A stretch of DNA of 63,739 nt, counting the filler, from Halocafeteria seosinensis (taxonomy: Eukaryota): the NCBI GenBank assembly GCA_001687465.1. It is 6 parts of 6 records of this genome, joined end to end, with 100 filler letters (N's around TTAATTAATTAA, not from the genome) between each part and the next. Parts side by side here need not be neighbours in the genome. Positions count along the whole stretch, not along the records: positions 3,131 to 31,202 come from LVLI01000139.1; positions 31,303 to 49,149 come from LVLI01000151.1; 4 more parts are not named here. The stretch is one strand, 5' to 3'. Made by a program: the position numbers and the translations under genes. Below the pieces are notes generated by a model. The model ran no database searches. It saw nothing but the letters and a program-made list of their open reading frames with translations, and was not told where the DNA came from. Within the stretch, counting starts at the first letter, position 1; every line of letters starts with the position of its first letter. Positions 29,822 to 39,142 of the stretch are shown here, piece after piece.

Positions 29822-29983
29822 ATGGATTTGTTAGCTATCATTCTTACAACAGTAATTGGGGGTAGTGCTGGAATTTCACCCATTATCTATAAGCTCATTC
29901 GTAAAAGATACTCTTGTCAAAGTAAATGTGGTGAAAATTCACAATGTAGGACTAGTGTTGAAACAGAAAACAATAATAATTAA
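29822..29983 (+). CDS. 53-aa putative single-pass membrane protein (not in the ORF track)
   Basis: MDLLAIILTTVIGGSAGISPIIYKLIRKRYSCQSKCG..., preceded by ATTATAGA and filling the gap before the protease. Confidence 0.65.
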   Translation: MDLLAIILTTVIGGSAGISPIIYKLIRKRYSCQSKCGENSQCRTSVETENNNN

Positions 29984-30011
29984 TTTAAATCTCTAAATAT
30001 AAGAGATTTAA

Positions 30012-30563
30012 ATGGTTAATCGTCAATTGATCAAAAAGTTAAAGCATCAAGCTCTGAGCTCTAAACAATTACAAGAAGCTACTAAACAGCAGATTCCTAT
30101 TATCACATATGATGAAGTACCTAACAATAAAACTATATACAATATTTTAAATAACCCTTCTAAAGCGGTTATTATCCTCTATCTCTTTGAAAAGTCTTAC
30201 GGGCATTGGTGTTTGCTGTTAGACCACGGAAAATATATATCTTACTTTGACAGTTACGGTGACTATCCTGACCAAAGTTTAAGTGAAAATACCGTAGCTA
30301 AGAACAAGAAGTTGGGACAATCCCGACCGCGAATTTTAGAGAGTGTTGTCAAAGGAACAAATCCAAAGCCAATTTATTATAATGACCAACAACTTCAGTT
30401 GTTCAAAAATGATAGTCAGACTTGTGGTAGATACGTCTTACTGAGGTACCGTAAAAAACACCTAACGATAAAAGGTTTTATTAACTTTTTAGAAAAAAAG
30501 CGTAATAAATTCGGTCTAAAAACCTTTGATCAAACCGTGAGCTGGCTAACAAAAGATATCTAA
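30012..30563 (+). CDS. Virion maturation cysteine protease (adenain/Ulp1-like)
   Basis: GHWCLL (His), YFDSYG (Asp), QLQ (oxyanion Gln), SQTCGRY (Cys). Confidence 0.93.
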   Translation: MVNRQLIKKLKHQALSSKQLQEATKQQIPIITYDEVPNNKTIYNILNNPSKAVIILYLFEKSYGHWCLLLDHGKYISYFDSYGDYPDQSLSENTVAKNKKLGQSRPRILESVVKGTNPKPIYYNDQQLQLFKNDSQTCGRYVLLRYRKKHLTIKGFINFLEKKRNKFGLKTFDQTVSWLTKDI

Positions 30564-30718
30564 TCACGTTTAACAGATTGAACGCTAAAACCCCTTAATC
30601 TACGTTTAGCAAAGTGCTTAGCTTGTTCAGGGCTAAAAGCATGAGTTATTACTTTTCTTCTTGATATTCCTGTAGGAGCGTTTCGTTTCATCCAAACCAA
30701 ATATCGTTGTTGTTTCAT
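30560..30718 (-). CDS. 52-aa basic protein, paralog of 15276-15434 (not in the ORF track)
   Basis: MKQQRYLVWMKRNAPTGISRRKVITHAFSPEQAKHFAKRRLRGFSVQSVKRD, with leader AATATAGG. Confidence 0.7.
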   Translation of the reverse strand: MKQQRYLVWMKRNAPTGISRRKVITHAFSPEQAKHFAKRRLRGFSVQSVKRD

Positions 30719-30724
30719 CCTATA

Positions 30725-31006
30725 TTATTCTAGGTCGGAAAATATATAATCTAGACAATGTAAAAATCCATTTGGATTTTCAAATGCCAAGTATTCCCAT
30801 ACTGGATAATCATACAATTCCAAATCTTCAAAAAAGTTTTCCCTTTCATCATGTGTATAACTAGTATCTATCTCAAAATATTTTTTAGGTTCCCCTTCAT
30901 CATATATTTTTCTAGCTTCTAAATAAGTGTGACCCCAAGTGTTGACCATATATTCGTAATTCTCGTTCTCTTCTTGTTCTATCAAGTGGTCTTTCATTCG
31001 TCCCAT
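30725..31006 (-). CDS. Acidic/aromatic hypothetical protein
   Basis: 93-aa ORF with AAAATTGA upstream on the same strand. Confidence 0.65.
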   Translation of the reverse strand: MGRMKDHLIEQEENENYEYMVNTWGHTYLEARKIYDEGEPKKYFEIDTSYTHDERENFFEDLELYDYPVWEYLAFENPNGFLHCLDYIFSDLE

Positions 31007-31043
31007 TGTTTTATATTACTTATTATTTTTAAAAATATAAAAA

Positions 31044-31051
31044 TCAATTTT
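31044..31051 (-). promoter_or_regulatory. AAAATTGA motif (mimivirus-type early promoter consensus)
   Basis: Exact octamer ~38 bp upstream of the ATG at 31006. The context is AT-rich, so a chance match is possible. Confidence 0.45.
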
Positions 31052-31162
31052 TTCTTTAATTTTATTTAAATATTAAAAATAGAAGAAATTAATTTTCTTT
31101 TTAACGATTTAAACTAATTATAAAAATTTCTATTTAGAGAAAATATAATAATAAGAATAGGA

Positions 31163-31202
31163 CGCTCAATGACGCCTCGCTCAATGACGCCTCGGTCATT
31201 GT
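31163..31202. repeat. 15-bp tandem repeat at contig end
   Basis: CGCTCAATGACGCCT twice, plus a degenerate third unit running into the gap. Confidence 0.8.
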
Positions 31203-31302
31203 NNNNNNNNNNNNNNNNNNNNNNNNNNNNNNNNNNNNNNNNNNNNTTAATTAATTAANNNNNNNNNNNNNNNNNNNNNNNNNNNNNNNNNNNNNNNNNN
31301 NN

Positions 31303-31597
31303 GTAGGGTACCAGGCGAAAAAGCTGCATCAAGAGATAGTGCTCGGTTGTAACCAGGACAGCTATGATAGGGCCGTCGGAACTTACTGAAGGCGGGTGAA
31401 CCTAGCCGGAGTCTTAACGGTCACGCTTTCAGCGGTCGTTTGACAATTTTGCGAGCAACTTTGGTAGAGTAGGGTACCAGGCGAAAAAGCTGCATCAAGA
31501 GATAGTGCTCGGTTGTAACCAGGACAGCTATGATAGGGCCGTCGGAACTTACTGAAGGCCGCCGGAGTCTTAACGGTCATTCTTTCAGCGGTCGTTT
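31303..31597. repeat. ~166-bp tandem duplication
   Basis: GTAGGGTACCAGGCGAAAAAGCTGC... starts at both 31303 and 31469. Confidence 0.85.
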
Positions 31598-31669
31598 TGA
31601 TCATGACATTGCGTCATAACGATTTTTATCGCGATTTCTACGTTCCATAACTGTTTTCAGTCATCAGGT

Positions 31670-33205
31670 GTGAAGTATGATCAAAACATATGTTTTTTAT
31701 CGTTCAACGATTTCATCATGTCTCGCAGCCCCGCGACTCCCGGAGTCCCGCCCAAACCCCCAACTCCGCCGTTCCGGCCCGTTCGCAAACTTCAACCCGG
31801 GAAGGGTTCACCCCCCCTTCGACAAATCCGCTACGCGCGCGCGCCTCACAAAGTTTCGGGAGAAGCAATTGCAAACTGCTATAGGTGCACGACGGGAGAA
31901 GTTCCAAACGACCTTCAGAATGATTGTGTACCCTGTCCAGCGGGCGAAGTAGCTAGCGAGACTGAAAGCCAGTGCCGAGGTTGCCAGAACGGATCCGTTC
32001 CCAATAATGAGGGGCGTGCGTGCACCACGTGTATGCCACATGAAGTAGTTGCTCCTAGTGAGCCAAAGTGCGCGTCTTGTGGACCTGATAGAATTCCAAA
32101 TTTTCAACAGAATGAATGCGTACGTTGCGACGTGGACGAATTCTCTCCTCCTAACGGTTCAGAGTGTTTGACCAATATAAGCAATTCAGCCGAAACAAGA
32201 CGCACCGTCCCATCTGAGCCTGGCAGCGAAGACATCGTTACTGTTTCCAGTGTGGCCGCTCTTCTTGGGATGGTTGTCGTTTGCCTTGCATTAGTTGCCT
32301 ATAAGCGGCAAAGGAACGTTTCCTCCTCCAAGTATTATTCGGATCCCATCTCCTACTACGTGGACAACTTCGGAATCCCCAAAGAAAATTTAACGGGTAA
32401 AAAACCTGACTGTACAGGTAGAGCCATTGCAATTCATATCGCCTCATCATCTTCGCCATCGAGTATCAAAAACAAAAGGAAACGGCACAGCCTAGATCAG
32501 GTCAACCCCCTCGCTCGTTTAGTTTCTCAACGCAGCAGTCCTAGACAAAGTTCTGATGGCAACGCAGTGGCCCCAAGTCGTGCAAACCGGCACCACTATC
32601 GTGAAGCTGTCGCTGCAACCACAGGGACTTCCGAGGAAACCACGCTTTCAAGAAGCTCAACTTCGTGGAACAGTGCAGTAGTTATGATCGATTTCAGCCC
32701 TCAGGAATGTGCAACCCCAGTACGTCCGGTATCAGGTGGCTCTCCTGAACTCAGTGTTTACAAAAACAGATCTGGCAAAACGACGAAAGTGGCGTTGGCA
32801 AACAGAGTCAACCCATCAGAAATGAGAACTATTGAGCGGTCCAAATTGAAACTGCGGCAGTGGAAGGCCAAGCTCCTAGCCGAACCTCCTCCCCTTGTCG
32901 AAGTGGAAGTGGAGGACGAGCACTATGGATCAGATAACCAAGACGACGACCCCAAAAAAGCCATTGCCGACTGGGACTCTCCGACGAAGAAAACCACCCC
33001 GCAAGCAGATACAAAGAATGACCTCAATCATAACCACCACCGCAAGAAGCCTATATGGACATCTAAAAAGAAAGAATTTGAGCAAACCCTTCCGAGCCTC
33101 CGCACTGTGCCAGCGTCAGTGGGGGGACGGACACACTCCAGCAAGGAGAGCCGCAGAAAGGATAAAACCCGAGTGAGGCGGCGAGAGCGGACACAACCCA
33201 AGTAG
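31670..33205 (+). CDS. Host membrane protein with Cys-rich (CxxC...G) repeats, one TM helix and a disordered tail; 5' part probably spliced or partial
   Basis: CYRCTTG, CVPCPAG, CRGCQNG, CTTC, CASCGPD repeats; TM VAALLGMVVVCLALVAY. Confidence 0.65.
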   Translation: MKYDQNICFLSFNDFIMSRSPATPGVPPKPPTPPFRPVRKLQPGKGSPPLRQIRYARAPHKVSGEAIANCYRCTTGEVPNDLQNDCVPCPAGEVASETESQCRGCQNGSVPNNEGRACTTCMPHEVVAPSEPKCASCGPDRIPNFQQNECVRCDVDEFSPPNGSECLTNISNSAETRRTVPSEPGSEDIVTVSSVAALLGMVVVCLALVAYKRQRNVSSSKYYSDPISYYVDNFGIPKENLTGKKPDCTGRAIAIHIASSSSPSSIKNKRKRHSLDQVNPLARLVSQRSSPRQSSDGNAVAPSRANRHHYREAVAATTGTSEETTLSRSSTSWNSAVVMIDFSPQECATPVRPVSGGSPELSVYKNRSGKTTKVALANRVNPSEMRTIERSKLKLRQWKAKLLAEPPPLVEVEVEDEHYGSDNQDDDPKKAIADWDSPTKKTTPQADTKNDLNHNHHRKKPIWTSKKKEFEQTLPSLRTVPASVGGRTHSSKESRRKDKTRVRRRERTQPK

Positions 33206-33445
33206 AGCGAAGATCATTTCGGAGCAACATTCACCAAGGCACTTTACTGCAGTGTGTATCTTCTCACTCAAGACGTTCCGTTCGTTCAATGACCCCTTCT
33301 CTGCAAGGTCCCTAGCTCAGTGATCAAGACCCTCAAGATAATCGACGACCTCTTTGTGGTTGAGATACTGTGCCAGTTCCAAGGGAGTCTCCCCATCCTG
33401 CATAGATCGCTTTATATTAGGCATCTTTTCCCAGGACGTGCAACT

Positions 33446-33829
33446 TCAAAACGAACGACATACAGCTGTTTTCACATCTTGTCTCCCATTGAATTCTCGT
33501 AGAAGTACCTGCACCAGATCCACTCGCCCTGAACACGCCGCCCAATGTAAAGGTGTCCATTGCAGCTGCATAGCATAGGCAAACATGTATACATTGCCAT
33601 CGTGCAGGGGCGTTAGTCCACCTACTCCATTGAGGTCAATCCCGTTAATATCTTTGCTTCCCAGTCTCTGTACAGTCTTTCGTATTTCCTCAACGCTTCC
33701 GGAAGCGCTGCAGACGCGCCGTAGAGCTCTCAAGTCCTCCAAGGGGACATCCTGTTTCCGTGGGGGTGGGTAGTCGTAGGGGGGCTTCCGTCTCGGCTCC
33801 GAGGAGACCTGTGTATCCGTTGAACTCGC
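33446..33829 (-). CDS. Host ankyrin-repeat protein, partial/spliced
   Basis: GLTPLH and WTPLHWAACSGRVDLVQVLL. Confidence 0.6.
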   Translation of the reverse strand, partial: ASSTDTQVSSEPRRKPPYDYPPPRKQDVPLEDLRALRRVCSASGSVEEIRKTVQRLGSKDINGIDLNGVGGLTPLHDGNVYMFAYAMQLQWTPLHWAACSGRVDLVQVLLREFNGRQDVKTAVCRSF

Positions 33830-33960
33830 CATCTCTCTCTCGGAGTGTCTTTTGTGAATGTCGTAGTAAACTAACAATCCCACTGTAAATCATCTAAGTT
33901 CCGGGTTGGGAGTCTTTCGCTCTCTCTTTTTTGTCTTTGTCTTTATCGAGGGAGACGACC

Positions 33961-35763
33961 ATGGAGACTCCATTATCGCGTACCCTCTATTACATGAGGC
34001 GCTATGCCAAAGAAGGCCGCCGTCCATTAGATAACATGCAGCGGCCGAAACCCCCTCCATGGGTCAGGAAAAAGCCTCCTGCAGACTATAATACAGTCCC
34101 TCCAGCGTCGTATGAGGCTCCGGTAGAGGGTGAATGGCATACACATACACAACAGCACGCAGCTGCTTCTTCCAACGGAGAGGAGTCTCAGGAACATGCA
34201 GGACCGACATACCATGACCCGGAGGAATTCGCTCGATTATGCTCTGAATTACCCTTCCGGGAAGCCGTGGAAACATGCACAGCTGCGCTGGAGAGTTCGT
34301 GGCTGGATTGGGAGCATATTCCTGAAATTCTTGTCCGAGCGTCACGGCCGAAGTTATACACACGGGGCTATTTGCAGCCAGAGTCCGATGAGGAAGAGGA
34401 GGAGGAAGAAGAAATTGATACGAATAAATTATTCCCCGGTATGCTGCATCCAGCCGTGGCCAAGCAAGCCCGAAAAGTAAGCAAGAAGTCCACCCTCCGG
34501 GTGCGAGTTACGTGTACGCTTCATCCGAATGTCCTCCCCTCCCTACCTGCAGCTTCTCGTCTCGTCAATCCAATATACGCCGTCCTTGGACCTGAAGACG
34601 ACATTGGGGATGATACAACTCTTGGTCAGGCTGAGATGGAACGATGACGCGGTGGCCGTGGCCCTTCATGTAGTCAAACATACCAAACTTCATTTTGACC
34701 AAGTACGATACGATATGGCTGACCGCCCCCTTGCAAACACCATTTGTCACGTGTTGTTGCTGATTTGCAGATTATGTCGATCGTCAAGCTTCCACTGAAG
34801 CGCTGCAACGTGGCCGAGGCAACCAGAACCGTTCGAATGATTTTGTTTCTGAAACATGCACGAGAGGAACCGTTACGACGCGAAGATTTACAAGCACTTG
34901 TCGCCCTGTTGGTGGCCCGAGGTTCTACCCGGCATCGGCAGCGAATACAGCAACAGCGTGGAAAAGTACCGCTTGCTAGGGTCAACGAAAAGGGGGACGA
35001 GGAATATAAATACGGATATCATGACACATTGACGCGCATTCATGCTGCTCGCGATTTGATTGAAAACTACATAAAATACTACTGCCCCGAAAAGCCTGAC
35101 ATCAACGCTTTGGCACCTGCGTTTGTCACACTCGTGGAAGGTATAATTGCTTTTGAGTGGCTGGAAGAATTAGACCCCACCTTCAGACGTATGAAAGAGC
35201 TAGGCGTTCCGTTGAACAGGACGATCTTCAATAGAGTGAGTATATTGACTATGCAGCCGCGATTGCCGTCTTATACGTCACATGTGAGGATGTCCTATAC
35301 TTTGGTGGTGTTGCAGCTCATAGAAACTGAAGGGAAGATGGGCCGAAAAGATAAAGTTGTCAAGCATTTGGAGAAAATGTTCAAATTAAATATAGAACCA
35401 GGTAGGGACTTATACTTGCGCTGTTTCTTACTAAGGCGCCAAGGAATATGGGCAATCTAAATGCATGCAGATTCGGAAACATTGCACAGTTTGTGCAAAG
35501 CCTACATTTTCAAAGATGCCAGGTCCGACTGTACAGGTCTAGCGAGTTATATTCAAGAAACATCCGAGTCGCTTGGTGTGGATGTAACAGCGAAAGTCTT
35601 AGGGTATTGCGCATTCGAGGCGGCCAAACGAAAAAATTGGTCAGAGACACAGCAGATTAAGATATTAGCTGATCGCCTGAATGGAAGCGAGCATACTAAG
35701 CAACAGTGGTGGTATCAGAAATTGGTCTTGATGAGAGCGTTTGAGGCAGTCGAATCGGAATGA
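33961..35763 (+). CDS. Host multi-exon gene of unknown function, alpha-helical (possibly PPR-like)
   Basis: Collinear + strand ORF segments with GT..AG intron candidates. Exon structure not resolved. Confidence 0.4.
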
Positions 35764-36439
35764 TACCATAGTGACAATTATAAACTTGTTGCTGCCGGAT
35801 TTCTTCCGGTTGACATCTTGATTTTGGCATCCAAATCATTGTTCGAATAATTAGTCTATCGATATTCGGCGAGCACCGCCAAAGTTAACAGCGTGCCCTC
35901 AGCTGAAGGGCGTAGAATGACGTTTGCGTTCTGTTTGAACAGGTAGTAATAATTTGTTAGTCCGGTAATCTATCGCACATCCACGACTTGTTCGGAGAAG
36001 TGACCGGGGAAAGAGTGCTAGGCCACACAACATACGCGGTACAATGAGCATTTAATGGACTACTTCGGCCCCATTTATTTTTTTGTCGATATCAACTATC
36101 TCATCTAACACCCCTTTATCTACAACAAGGATTTAACGGGATCGATGAGTCTGCGTATCAGAAGTTATCGAAGTTGCAATCAAAATCTATAGAGCCCCAG
36201 ATCAATTGTACCATTCCATAGTGTGCATTTCAATACATGTCGAGCCTAAAATCTTTGTGGTTCGGATCCCCGATGGAAATGACTGGAATATCCGATGGAG
36301 ATTTGGAAAACTTTCTGATGCACCTGTCCAACTTAATTTCTTTGGACAGTCGGAATCAACGAACAGAGTCCGTCGGACCACAGTTTTCGTCACTTGCCTA
36401 ATTTATAATGTCACTTGAGCGGAACATTTGCTACAATGG

Positions 36440-37143
36440 TAGTCCGACTACAACAGACTGAGGGAGTTGAGGATTTTCCGTCTAACGCGCCTTACCGGTT
36501 CTGCTTTCCAGCATGTGTCCCATCTCACTCAATTGAAACTGTTGCAATGTAAGCAGGAGACAATCACGAGTGCTGCGTTTCAACGTTCGTCCAACTTAAA
36601 GTCAATGTGCTTAATTGAGTACCGTCAGACGGCAATCACGGATTCGATCTTTCAGAATTTGTCGCTCTTGACGTCATTGCACACGGATTTGGGTCAGCGA
36701 AAGAATTAGTTCACGATTACGGATGCCGCCTTTGAGCATCTATCCAACTTGAACGCCTTAACCGTAGTCTCCTGTCAAACCAATAACAAGTATACACATT
36801 TGCCCAACACGCGCAGTAGTAGTTCGCCTCTTAAGTGTTCCAATACTCATCCGCCACCGTGGCTACTCCAGACTCTATTAAGGACATATGATGTTACAGA
36901 TACTCCCACTTAGTCGGTCTTTGAAAAGGACGTCGTCTGCTCAGATTTGGTAAATGTTGGAAAGTGTGGTAAATGTAACAACCGTCTTGTAGCATTCTCC
37001 AAGGGCCAAAGACCGCAATGCAGATAAATGTAAGAAGGCATTATCCGTAATGTTCGCGCCGCACTGATGCTGCAGTCCGGTTCCAGACCCAACGATTTCA
37101 GAGTTGACAAATGCTGAAACGCGCTAGACAGTTTGACCATCAT
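36440..37143. pseudogene. Degenerate leucine-rich-repeat remnants
   Basis: ITSAAFQ, ITDSIFQNLSLLTSL and ITDAAFEHLSNL units broken by stops. One similar unit (SAFQHLSTLKSL) is on the opposite strand. Confidence 0.5.
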
Positions 37144-37448
37144 CAGTTCTCGAAGTGTTCCGCATCGCGCTTGTTCCCTTGCAACTCAGCAGGTGGAAGA
37201 GAGACGAAATGGGACAGTATACCACATTTCTCATTTCGGCCAACCCGGGATCCTTCCTGCCGAGTCTCCTAGACTTCCTCAGAGCTGGCCGAGGACGTTG
37301 CCCATGAATTATGTGAAGCCGTTCCGGAAAACGTGTTTCACAACTAGCATTCAGGGCTTTTGGACCAAGGGGAAGTTCTGATAGATGGCGCTTGTCGATA
37401 CCGATTGTCTGTGCCATTGCCCCAATAGCACGCGCAGTCTCACACGAA

Positions 37449-38868
37449 ATGGAGAACCCTCAGAATGCGACCTGGAGCTGCGGAGACGTCTTCGAGAGCG
37501 CATGCTCCCTCTTCCACGACTATCAAAGCACCCGGAACAACAGAAAACATGCTGATGCCGACGCAGAGCTGGAGGACAGATTGAGAGGCCAATTACGCAC
37601 GTTTGTCAAAGAGGTGCAGCGAAATGAAGCATACCTTGGATTCAGCAGCCCCACTGTACGACCACTGTACCCTTTGACGTGCTGGAATTTGAGCCAATCC
37701 GTTATGGTGATGTATACATGTGCCATTGCAGACTCTTCAGAAGCTTTTGGATATGTGTTTGGAGCGAGACGCTCGGACGACCTTCGCGATAAGTGCCTTG
37801 AAAGCACTCAATAACTGCATCATCGCGAACCCGGAAGCCCAAACAATTGCACTCGATGAACTCCATATGGTGGAAACTTTGCTATCGTTGACGCCTTTGG
37901 GACCCAACTCCGTTTGGCAGGAAGCCTCCGGTGATACCAAGATCGCTACCGGTAGCTCTGATGGTGCACTTTCAGTGGAGGGGTTTCGGGAGAAAGCCCA
38001 ATTCCTCAAGGTTCTCCTCTCGTTTCTCGCCCGGCTTACTGGAACGAATCGGCGCTACGCAGAAACGCTCCTGGGCGACTTGTATTGCGTAGAAGCTATT
38101 CGCTCGCTCGTGGAATTGTACCTAGAAGATCTCCCGGGGCACAACAGTGCACATGAAGATGTTTTCGTGCAAGAAAAAGAGTGTATTGTGAATGGATTTA
38201 CGCTTCTTTATAACAGCCTGGCTCGACTCGGTGGATGCTGTCAAACATCTTCCGGCAGCAGTGAATCTCAGACGAATATGAAGGAATTCGAAGGCGTGTG
38301 TCGAAGATCCCTCGAATTAGTATCCAAGAGCAGCGAATATGCTCGAATTTCTTCATCTGCCTACAAACTGCTGCTTCATTATGACTGGCTGGAGTCATCT
38401 TCTAGTGAACACTTGTTGCTCGACGCTGCTGATTCGATGATCAAGCTTTGGGACGTTCTCGACCATCAAGAGTTGGAAGAGGAGATTGGCCATATGTTCC
38501 TAGTAATGCACTCGTTGGTGTCAAAGTATCCGGCGATCAAACAGCATCTCCAGGAAAAGCTAGCCATTGAAGAGGTGATACGCACTAATAAACGGTATGA
38601 AGCTATGACACTGGCGCTCCAGCTAGTTTTCAAGCGATTGCAGACGATAGACAGTACTGCCAAACGATTTGCCGGCGAACTTCTCTATTCCTTATGTGGC
38701 AATTCTTGTAAGTCAGGCTTCGAGCGAGAACCACTTAAACTAACATTTTAACCAAATATTGTCTGCAATATCTTTGCTTTCCAGCTAAGAAATATGTTGC
38801 ACTCACAGGAATGGAGCGGGCCCTTCCCATCCTCCAGGCTAAAGGGGAAGTTAGCGTACCGCAACTAA
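37449..38868 (+). CDS. Host ARM-repeat protein, Ric8/synembryn-like (multi-exon)
   Basis: ALKALNNCI..NPEAQ and AGELLYSLC, followed after a GT-AG intron by KKYVALTG, resembling Ric8 blocks. Confidence 0.4.
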
Positions 38869-39142
38869 GGGAATGAAGCTGGCGCTGGGAATAGAGATGT
38901 ACCACTGCGCCCATAGTGATGGCTTACGAAGAATCCGGACAGCACATCGGAATTTTGCGAACCGTTTCTCCGGTGTTGCTATAACTATCATATGTAAACG
39001 TTGCGTTTCTGACTTCGTACGCAAGTCCTCGACGCGGGAATACATGGCACTGGCGCTAGGAAAACCCCCCGAAAACGTCTTTGTGATGCCCATATTCCCT
39101 AGATGTATGTCAAACGGGTGGCGCTCTCGAATTCATCTGTAT

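Larger units (their letters stand above)
3131..31202. mobile_element. Virophage (Lavidaviridae/Maveriviricetes-like) genome, near-complete, ends not resolved
   Basis: One gap-bounded contig encodes MCP, penton, packaging ATPase, cysteine protease, primase-helicase and two integrases. ORFs are densely packed, intron-less and share an upstream motif. Confidence 0.93.

Noticed and set aside
3131..31202. Classification as a Polinton/Maverick because of the rve-chromodomain integrase
   Set aside because: No protein-primed PolB is seen, and the ~600-aa MCP, penton and ATPase motifs are virophage-type.
1..33205. Flanking contigs as the virophage integration site
   Set aside because: Both sides are separated by artificial linkers. 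No junction, TSD or matching terminal inverted repeats are visible.
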